From positions 21,764,001 to 21,828,000 of the forward strand of contig NC_045697.1 of the NCBI RefSeq assembly GCF_009834535.1: a stretch of DNA of 64,000 nt, written 5' to 3'. Below are positions 39,782 through 49,910 of this stretch, in pieces. Position 1 is the stretch's first letter. Each line of letters starts with the position of its first letter. Below the pieces are notes generated by a model. The model worked only from the letters and a program-made list of their open reading frames with translations, was not told the origin of the DNA and searched no databases. The stretch is from Camelus ferus. Its lineage: Eukaryota. The position numbers were made by a program, and so were the translations under genes.

Positions 39782-41755
39782 GCTTGGCTTTTTTGTGCTG
39801 TCCAAGAAACCTTAGTTTATCCCATGATTACAAGGATTTTCTCTGTGTTTATCCATACATTTTACAGTTTTAGCTTTTACATGTAGGTCTATGATCCTTT
39901 GGAAATTAATTTTAATGTTTTGTGAGCTTTGGCATGAAGTTAATATTGTTTTGTGTGCTAATCCAGTTTTGGTAGTACAATTTCTTGAAAAGTTTATACT
40001 TTTATCTTTAATTAGTACAGTGACTGTCAAAAATCAACTAAATTGCATACATGTGGCTCTATTTCTGGGCTCTCTATTCAGATTTAATGACATTTGTCGT
40101 TACACAAATTCCACACTGTCTTGATTAATGTAGCCTGGTAAGTCTTAAAGTCAGGTATGATAAATCCTCAGATTTTATTATTTTTATCAAAAGTGTTTAG
40201 GTATTCTAGATCTTTACATTCCCATTTATTTTATAATTAATTTATTCATTTTTATTAAAAATTTTTCCAGGATTTTGACTGGATTTTTAAAATCTATAGA
40301 TCAATTTGAGGAGAAATGATAACAATATTGAGACTTCTATAATCTATAAGATATATATATATATATCTCCAATTATTTAGAACTTTGATTTCAACAATAG
40401 CTTGTATTTTTGCAGTGTGGAAGTTTTGGATGCTATTGTAAATTTTACTGTTTGTTTATGTTTCTTTTTTCCAACTGTTGCTATAATAAAAATAAAACTG
40501 AATTTTGTATATTGATTTTGTATCCTATAGTCTTGCTAAGTTCACTGATTAGTTCTAGAAATTTAGTTCCAGTATTGTAGTGGATTACTTAGAATATTCT
40601 ATACAGACTCTCATACTGTCCATGAATAAAGACAATCCTCAACATTTTTTTTTCCTTTCCTTATTGTACCAGCTGGGTCTTCCAATCTCATGTTGAACCA
40701 AAATGGTAAGAATTAACATCTCTGTCTTTTTTTTTTTTTTAGAGGAAACATATTCAGTACATCACTATTTAGGATGAGGTTACCATAGACGTTTATAGAT
40801 GCTATATATGTGGACTTGGTCTCTGTAACAAAGTACCACAGACTGGGTGGCTTAAATAGCAGATCTTTTTTAACTCACAGTTGTGGAGGCTCGAAGTCCA
40901 AGATCAAGATGCCAGCAGGGTTGGTTCCTGGTGAAGCCCTTTCTCGGCTTGCAGCTGGCACTTTCTCACTGTGTCCTCACACAGCCGTTCCTCTGTGCAG
41001 AGAGGGAGAAAGAGAGAGGTCTCTTCCTGGTCTTATAAGGCCAACAATCCTAACTGATTAAGGCCCCACCCTATGACCTCATCTAGCCTTAATTACCTCC
41101 TAATGGCACTTTCTCCAAATACAGTCACATTTGGAGCGTGGACTTCAATACGTGAATTTGGGCGAAAACACAATTCAGTCCATAACAAATGTCCTTTAAT
41201 ACATCGGAAAGATCTCATCAGTTTCTGGTTAGCTGAGATATTTGATCATAAAAGGATGTAGAATTATGTCAAATAACTTGCTTGTATCTATTCAGATGCA
41301 AATTATATTGAGATGGTAAATTACATTGTTTGATTTATGAGTATTAAAAGAATTTTGCATTTCTGTGATAAATCCCACCTGTTCATGATATATTTATTCT
41401 TTCATATAGGTTATTGAGCATTTTTGTATCTATGTGGTTGAGCAACACTGATTTGTAATTTTCTTGTAATGTCAAGAAATACCTGGCTTTGTAATATCAG
41501 GTATGGCTATCATCATGTGGGCTTTATAAAATAAATTAGAAAAGATTTTGTCCTTCTGAATTTTCTGAAAGACTTTTTATAAGATTGATATTACTTGTTC
41601 CTGAAACTTTTGATAGAATTTATCTGTGAAACCATCATGGCCTGGAGTTTTCTTTATAAGAAAGTTTTGTTAGCAATTTCAATTAGATATGGGGCTTTAG
41701 ATACAGATATTAGATATATTCATATTTTCAATTTCTTTTTTAGTCAGCTTTAATA
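39782..41755 (-). mobile_element. Old L1 ORF2 (RT region), interrupted by MLT1A
   Basis: taggtctatgatcc, ctatagatcaatttgaggaga, ttgtatattgattttgtatcc, gtgaaaccatcatggcctggag. Confidence 0.85.
40803..41187 (-). mobile_element. MaLR LTR (MLT1A-like) nested in L1
   Basis: gtaacaaagtaccacagactgggtggcttaaa...gaagtccaagatcaagatgccagcaggg...cacaattcagtccataaca. Confidence 0.9.
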
Positions 41756-41759
41756 TAGG

Positions 41760-42140
41760 TAGACAATGCTAATAAGAAAAACTTAGCAAAGGTACACTCA
41801 CAGAAACATTAAAAATATGTAATTTAAAACAGTATTGCAGGCAAAAGGTTAAGAAAAAGCTAGTGTAACTATATTTGTATCAGTAAGTTAGAATTAAAGA
41901 AAATATTAGTACAAAGATGTTAAATGCATTAGAAAATATAACAATTTTATATTTTTTGAGCCTATTATAAAATATTAAAGTATATAAGATAAATATTAAC
42001 AGAACTTCAAGGAGAACTGACACATTTATCACTGTAGTAGATTTTGGCACACCTCTCTTAGAAGTTGATTTATCAATTAAACAAACAAGTAGAAAGATTC
42101 TGAATGGCAAACAAGCCTAACCTAATAAATGTATGGGGAA
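41760..42140 (+). mobile_element. Old L1 ORF2 endonuclease fragment
   Basis: aagctagtgtaactatatt...acagaacttcaaggagaactgacacattt...cacacctctctta. Confidence 0.6.
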
Positions 42141-43274
42141 TTTGTTTTCAAAAATATAATAATAGAAAATGAGCTTCATGATACTTTTATATATACTCCA
42201 AAGCCTTGCTTTCAAATTTAGATCCTAGAATAATAAAATACAGTTCTACTGTACCTTCGCCACAATATGCAACTTTTCAGCAGTCACTATTTTATGTTTT
42301 CTACTTCTTAGGAAGCGATAAAAATGCCATTGCTAAGAACCGTCTGTAAATTTAACTGCATATTTATAAATATAAATGGGACATTAATGTAGAGAAAGAA
42401 TACTCATATATTAAAATTTCATAGTTCATCTATATTTTGATAAAGTTTTTATCATCAAAATATATTTTCTGAAAAAAATCAAGTAAAACTTTAATGCAGC
42501 TAATAAGCAGCATGTAAAAATAACACTGGAACAGAACACATGCCATGGCACTAGAGTTACTCAAATTTAGCTAAGAAAAGAACAATTTTTATTCTGTTAT
42601 AATACTGAGTGTATTTGAAGAGAAAACAACTTACAAAATACTATAATGCAGTGCATTCCAGCAAGAGAGAGCATGTTCCTTTGTTTTTAAACAATTTGCA
42701 AAAATGTTAGATGTACCAGTGAAATATCTTGCTACTATATCAATACAAAATGCTTCTAGTAATGTCCTAAATGATGCACAAGACAGCATATTTATTGGTT
42801 GTAAAAGTATGTTCGTAGGCTTAACTTTACAACTTTAATGGAGCAATAATTTACAGGCTGCTGCAACCTGAAAAATAACTCGTGGTTTAAACCAGATTAA
42901 AGCCACAACTGATACTGAGGACTGCTGGCAAATTTCCCAATCCATTACTGTTTGCAGATATTGAATGGTTGTTGCCAATATTTATCATAAAGGAGATGCA
43001 AAAATATATGGAGCACTGTTCTCTTCATTTTTTGATGTCTGCTTATTGAACAAATGCTGGGAATGTGGGATTGATGTTCTTAACTGAGAAAAGTACATTA
43101 TCTTAGCATTTGAGAATCAAGTAGGATTTCACTTAATGAAAATAGTATAGCAAGAACCTTATGATTTCTAACTGTTACTCATTAACACTAGTTCCTATTC
43201 ATATAGATAGCATAGGACTCTAGAGTTTATGTCTGCATATTTGCTGCTTCTCTTATCTCTTACCCATCAGTTTC

Positions 43275-43408
43275 TTTTTTTTTTTTTTAATTTTTAAAAA
43301 TTTTTATTGGGGGGAGGTAATTAGGTTTATTTCTTTTATTTTTTAATGGAGGTACTGGGAATTGCACCCAGGACCTTGTGCATGCTACCACTGAGTATAC
43401 CCTCTCCT
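43275..43408 (-). mobile_element. Vic-1-like SINE with an internal deletion
   Basis: ggggggaggtaattaggtttattt...ggaggtactgggaattgcacccaggacc; perfect TSD CCCATCAGTTTC at 43263-43274 and 43409-43420. Confidence 0.92.
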
Positions 43409-43439
43409 CCCATCAGTTTCCTTCAAATCTCCAAGCTTT

Positions 43440-43706
43440 GAGTGAGAAAATGATTTAACTCCGAAACAAGAAGCCAGAGCCGTTCTGCTGTGCTGCCCCC
43501 ACTTCACCTTGTGGAGGGCCTGAAGAATAAAAACTTCCTTCTACCTCTTTCTCATAGGGTGAGACTGTGTCACAAGACCAGCCCTAACTGCAAGGGAAAC
43601 AGTCTTTTTCAAGCTGTGCACTTAGCCATCCCAAACAGTAATCAGTTTCTGTCAATGAAAAAAAGAGCAAATGAATATTGGGTAGGCATCTACCAGTATC
43701 TGCCTT
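43440..43706 (-). mobile_element. Old MaLR LTR (MLT1J/K-like)
   Basis: gactgtgtcacaagaccagccctaactgcaaggga...aatgaatattgggtaggca. Confidence 0.6.
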
Positions 43707-44319
43707 AGTAATCATGATCTAACATTATTAATATTTGACTTACTGTCTTCTTGTTTCACAACAAAAGTCCTCCCCACCCCCCCATATCACCTACTCTTCA
43801 ACCTGGAAAAATTTTGGAAAAGTCAGAGACCTGTCAGCAAGAGGTAAGGGGAGAATCTACCTTAAAATCCTCAGGGCATCTATCTCCAAAGACCCTTTCT
43901 TTTCTTAGATCCAAATGATTTTTAGGAGTAGTTTTAGGATTTCTATGTACATGACATTATCAATTACTTGAAGAACTGTGAGAAATAGTTTGTGGTTTTC
44001 TCTGAATTTTTATAAAAATAGAAATTAGTTTTATTATTAAGCCATTGTAATATAAAATTAAAATCCACAGTTTTACACTAGATCTGGATTCTTTGTTAAG
44101 AGGCAGGGCTTCATTGGTAGTCAATGTCTCTGTTTTGTTCATTTCATTTACTTATTGTTTTCATGTGGCTTTTTGTTTGTTCTCTTGCGTTCAGACATTT
44201 CTTATAAGAAATTAAACTTTACAGCTCATTTGAAGCATCCTTTGTACTCTTTCCTGGTTTCTCCTTTTCTACCTATATATAGACTGGAGCATGAATTTGG
44301 AACAATTTTGATGGTAAAC

Positions 44320-45235
44320 TGTTGTGATTACTGAATCCCCAGGTTTGGAACGATTTTCACATGTTTGTGGAATATCCTATATTATGTCCTCATGACTCAT
44401 CCAACTGTAGAAGTTTAAGCTCACTTGCCCAGCCTTCCTTGTCTCTAGGGTCTGTCAGTCAGAAGTAATTCTGTAAAATGGGTTTGAAAGTATGATCAAA
44501 CAAGTGTTGCAAGAAATGCATTCTGCAAAGGGTGCGTAGCAAGATCCAACTTGTAGTGACTGTAGCAGGAAAGGTTCCAGCAAGAGCATTGACAGATGAC
44601 TGGATAAAGAAGTTGTGGTATACAACAGAATACTACTCGGCCATAAAAAAGAATAAAATAATGCCATTTGCAATAACATAGATGGACCTGGAGAGTCTCA
44701 TTCTAAGTGAAGTAATCCAGAAAGAGAAAGAAAAAATACCATATGATATCACTTATATGTGGAATCTAAAAAACAAGACAAAAATTTACAAAGCAGAAAC
44801 AGACTCACAGACCTAGAAAACAAACTTATGGTTACCAGGGGGAAAGTGGGTGAGGAGATAAATTGAGAGTTCAAAATTTGCTGATACTAACTAATATATA
44901 TATATATATATATAAAACAAACAATAAGTTCATAAAACACAGGGAATTATTCAATATCTTGTAGTAACTTATGGTGAAAAAGAATGAAAACAAATATATG
45001 TATGATCATGTATGACTGAAGCATTATGCTGTATACCAGAAATTGACACAACATTGTAAACTGACTATAATTCAATAAAAATATATAAACAAACAAACAA
45101 AAAAGAGCATCGAATTTCCAGCTTCAGCAAGTCAGGAACTTTTTCCCAGTGTTGGTGGCAGTGCCACCTTCACTGCATCGTCCTCTAGTGCCTGCAGCCA
45201 AGTCTGAATATCTTGATTTTCAGATATTTGTAAAT
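44320..45235 (+). mobile_element. Old LTR-like remnant split by an L1 insertion
   Basis: cccagccttccttgtctctaggg and the GC-richer flanks continue across the L1 TSD. Confidence 0.3.
44593..45102 (+). mobile_element. Young camelid-type 5'-truncated L1
   Basis: cagatgactggataaagaag...aatgccatttgcaataacatagatggacc...gacacaacattgtaaactgactata; A-rich tail; TSD AAGAGCAT(T/C)GA at 44582-44592 and 45103-45113. Confidence 0.95.
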
Positions 45236-45239
45236 TCCT

Positions 45240-45323
45240 AATCATCCAAACTAGGATGTTTTTTAGTGAAACAGGAATAATGAGAACTTAGTCCAGACAA
45301 ATTGACACATATGGTCACCCTAT
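45240..45323. mobile_element. hAT-Blackjack MITE (MER81-like)
   Basis: Terminal motif atatggtcacccta; catccaaactaggatg. Confidence 0.45.
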
Positions 45324-46929
45324 ACAGAAAGCAGTTGTGAATAAAGTGAAGCATAGGAGAAAAATCAAAACAGAGAGATTTTAGGAAGTGGTTATAATTA
45401 TGGTAATTAAAAATTAGGAGTAGCTTAAAAAATTAACAAGAAAAATTACCAGTAACAACTAGAAAGAGAGCGATTATTAATATTGGCCTTATTATTGTTC
45501 ACTCTAGGTTTACAGACTCTTCTAGCCCAAAGTTTGAGGAAGAGAAGAAATTAAATATGGGATAGATTGAGACAGTGTCTCTACAAATGACATTGGTCTT
45601 GAGTACAGAGTTAACACCATCTCACATATGTCCCTCATTATCACTAGAGGCTAACCAAGGGGGAAAATGTGTTTCTTTTCTAAACAAACACATGGTCACT
45701 GAAAGGAATGGTTGTAAATGGTCCCTTTAAAAAAGAAAACTATCGTCCGAAAATGCCAGTGACATAAGGACTACATACTTTACTGAGGGTGAGATCATTA
45801 ACCAGGACTCCATTTATGGAGCAGCTTTTGTCTGCCTTCTTTTTTTTTCCCCCCAGGAGAGCAACAAGTCTGGTCACCGTTCACCTGGACCGAATTCAAT
45901 CCATTAGTCTACAAGCCAAGATTCAGTTTAGTAGCTTGATCCATTGCTAACTAAAATATTAATTCCTTTAAAATATTAAATGACTTGGAAGCTATTGGTT
46001 GTGCGTGTTAAAAGAGGAAGAGCCCGGGGTGCTGAGGAATGAAGTGAAGACAAAAAGCACAAGATAACACCTCTTTGAGGTTTCCCACCTCATCCTCCCC
46101 ATGTGACACAAATAGCTGAGCAGGGGAACCAGTAGCTGCTCTTTTTCTCATAACTTTAAAAAAGCTGACAAACACTTCTCACTGCCGTTCTCTTTTCAAA
46201 TAATAAATGTTTCACCTGGTGAACCACGAGGAGTATTTGGGGGATCAGATGTCCGGAAGAAAACATCGATACGACAGGGTGACATTTTAGTGTGTGGCCA
46301 GTTCAGGGTTATTGAACAGAACCCTTCAAATTAAGCACTGCTGTAGGATTTTGATTTTTTTTTTCAATTTTCAATTAGGGTATAGAAGAAAGGAATTCAT
46401 AATCTAACAAGTGAAGTAACAGCCAAGCTGTCATGAGGATTGTAAAATTGAGCTAATACTTAAAAATCCGTAGCAGGCACATAAAGCAGGTATAAACTTT
46501 GACAACCTTCAGGTAACTTGATATTAACATTAACCTCTGGTAACACCCAAAGAGTTTTGACAGTGCCCAAAGTTCAAGATTATGTTCACCTATGCTAAAG
46601 CAAGAATGAAACATCCAATACATTCTTTTCTCATCTGTTGACTATGGCAGAGACCTTATTTCTTAAGGGTTCTGGAATCAGTGTCTGTCTAATCTAGAAC
46701 TAAGTGGCCCCAGTAGAGCTTGGTACACCTTTGGAAACCTTTTGTGGTAACTGTCAATTTTGTGCCCTGCCAGATCATGGAATGACTCAGTCTAACCCTT
46801 GTGTCAAACAAGTGGTTGCATTTTATTCAAACCTCTTTTTTCTATTCATGTCCAAGCATATAATTTGTGAAACGACATCGCCCTTAACTATGTGTCTCCC
46901 ATAATTTTGTCATTAATTTCCCTTTGTTC

Positions 46930-47290
46930 ATTACACCTAAGCCATTTTGGTTGCTATTTCTTGAAGTCACCGTCGCCCTTCCCACCTTAGGGTCTCATAT
47001 GACATTTCCTTAGTCTAAAATATTCTTCCCTTCTCTCACCTGCCGGCCCCAGCCCCAAACCTCACTCACATGGCTGACAGCTAAACAACATTCAGGTTTG
47101 AATGTAAAATTAACCTAGTCCCTTCATTACAAGTTCTCATAGCATTCTGTATTTCTCCTTCAAATCACTTGGCAATAATTATAGTTAATGTTCTGTATGT
47201 CAATCTTTGTTAAAAGCCTGCCTTCTAATATCACTATCTTCTGGACCTAAAAAGAACTGGGCTAATAGTAGGTATGCAACAACCTACTTG
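46930..47290 (+). mobile_element. L2 3' fragment
   Basis: gttctcatagcattctgtatttctcc...ggctaatagtaggtatgcaac. Confidence 0.5.
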
Positions 47291-48499
47291 AGAGGGTAAG
47301 TGATGTGAGAACTACTTCCTCACAGGTATAAATAAATGCCTGTAGGAAGATCCCTGAGTGTCACCAAGAGAACCTTGATGACAATGTTGTTCATCAGCAC
47401 GTTAGCACATTCCCGAAATAATGGGGAAAAACTGGACCACTTTGCAGCTCAACGATGTTCCAGTCTGCTAAATTTCTTCCTATCAAGGATAGCATTAAGT
47501 GAAAGATTATTAACCAAAGCCTTTTGTTTAAAATCGGCTAAAGACTCAAAACATCAAACTAAGTATAAGGAGAGTGGAGTTTAGCTCTTTCGCTCAGGAG
47601 TCTCAGGAACAAATCGCATAATTTCTGTTACCCTTAACATTTTCCTCTGCATACTGGAGAAATCCTCAGTTAAGACTATCAGAGTTAACTCTAGAGGTCA
47701 ATCACTGCGAAGGTCACTATTGCTGAACATAATACAAATGTGAAGAATTATTATGATGATTGGTTTGATGTCTAATGAATATAGAATTAGAAGGAAGATG
47801 TATGTACCTCTGACTTATCTGTAGTTTAATAGGTACACAGAGACATGTATGTTCCATGCAGAATAAATTGCTGTAGATTCAAATGTACTTGTAATTTTTA
47901 TATTTATGCTTCACGTAAACCCATATTTTCCTTCTCATCCTGCAAAGTAGGTAAGAATATTAATGTGGTGTCCTGAAAAGAAGCCAGACCCAGATTAATA
48001 CCTGTCTCTCTGACAGGTGTTTATAACTAATTAGCAGTATAAATTTTACATATATTTGAAGTTTTCAAGCATAATAAGTAAATATGCAAACATGATTCAG
48101 ATATACTGCTTTAATCAAGACTACTAAAGATAAAGTAAGCTTGTACTGATTGAGACAGAAATTTCTGTCAAAGGTCTTACTAGTACCATTCTGCAAAATT
48201 TTGAAGTTTATTACAGCTACAAAGAATGTGTTTGTTTTCTGAGGTGAAACATATTGCTGGCTGAAAAAGCATGCCAATTGCATTTTCTTGGTTCATTAAC
48301 TCCGAGTAGAAAATTATGTGAATATCATAATTAAGTGTAAAGAAAGAAATATATTTTGCTGAGTTAAATTGGAATAATGCAAAATTAACATTCATTTTAA
48401 TTTTATCTTATATTTCATACTCTTTACATTGATAATTTGAGTTTTTCTCATCATAGAAACTTAAGAAAAAAATACAAAATTATATTGAGAAAGTTCATA

Positions 48500-49700
48500 T
48501 ATGTGTGCCATATGTTCATAAACAGAAATTAACATTTCTTTCTATGACTGTTCTGGGTGTTTCAACCATCTTTCTTTTGGGATTATAATGCTTTTCTTAT
48601 TGAATCATAAATGTACTTTATTTATGAAAAAAAAAACAAAACTCTTGACTTGCTTTATTTAGGCAGATATTTTTCCTAGATTTGTTTTTTGACATTCTAT
48701 CTTATTTATTATGTGTATTGATAAAACAATATTTAAACATTAAGTCAGACCCACCTCTTTTGTTGTGGTTGTTGTTCTCAGTACTTTCTTTCATTGCTGT
48801 TATGTATGGAAACAACTTTCACGTTCCAAGATAAGAGTCATCAACTTTTTAGTTCAGAACTTCTAGGTTTTCAAATTTTACATTTTAGTGTTAATGCTCC
48901 TGCAATTTACATCTGCATACGGAGTGAAGTGTGGCTAGAACCTGAACTTTTCAAATATTTATCACAATTCCAAGTGTCAATTATCAGTTAATCCGGTTTT
49001 CCCCCACTGATTTTATGACCACTTTCATCCTATACTCAATGAAATACATGTTAGGCTATGTTTATACATTGTATGTGTGTGTATTTGTGTATTTGTGTGT
49101 GTGTGTGTGTGTGTGTGTCTGATAAATTGATTTTTGGTTAAATATATTTTAATATTTACTAGAATAAGTGTTCTTTAGATATCTAAACTATTTATACTTC
49201 CAGGTTAACTTTATTTAGTATGACTTCATCATGTCACCAAAAAATCACATGGGGCTTGTGACTAGAAAATTATTAAATTTAAATATTAATTTGAAAAGAT
49301 TTTAAATCTTTATAATATTCAAAATTTCCATCTAGGAGTTTCTATTTTCCTAGAAAATTTTCAGTTATAGCTCTGAAAAAATTTTTTTTTTCTTCTTATA
49401 AATCCCATAATATTTATTATTACTAAATTCTTGCATACAATTTTTTTAGAAGCAGTTGATAATTATATAACATATAACTTATATAACTATAATTGTCCAT
49501 ACTGTATTTAGTAAACTTATGAATGTTTCTCTATGTTTATTTTTACTGCCTGGTCACCTTGGTGATAATTTTTAGTACATTAAGCATTTCTATCTATTCC
49601 TTAAGTAAAGTTCCTTAAGTAAAGTTAAGTTAAGTTATATGTGTTCCTTAAGAAAAGTTAGTATATAAGTGTTCTTCCGATTTTAGTTCTCTACTCCCAA
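48500..49700 (-). mobile_element. Old L1ME ORF2 fragments with (TG)n near 49070-49118
   Basis: cttttcttattgaatcataa, ttttcccccactgatt, aaatttaaatattaatttgaaaag, atctttataatatt. Confidence 0.55.
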
Positions 49701-49737
49701 TGTTATGAAACACAAATTTAAGATTTCATTCAGTTTT

Positions 49738-49910
49738 TAAAAATTTTGTATTGAAGTATAGTTCTTATTTTTATTTTTATTTTTTAGTTTTTTTGGGGGG
49801 GGTAGTAATTAGGTGTATTTATTTATTTTTAGAGGTGGTACTGGGGATTGAACCCAGAACCCTATGCATGCTAAGCATGCGCTCTACCACTTAAACTATA
49901 TCCTTCCCCC
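49738..49910 (-). mobile_element. Vic-1-like SINE carrying an L1 3'-terminal tag
   Basis: ggtactggggattgaacccagaaccctatgcatgctaagcatgcgctctaccac; TSD TCATTCAGTTTT at 49726-49737 and 49911-49922. Confidence 0.92.

Noticed and set aside
49828..49910. tRNA-Ala(AGC)-like gene (also at 28.8 and 43.3 kb)
   Set aside because: Followed by a SINE body, A-rich tail and TSDs, with mismatched stems; these are SINE heads, not tRNA genes.
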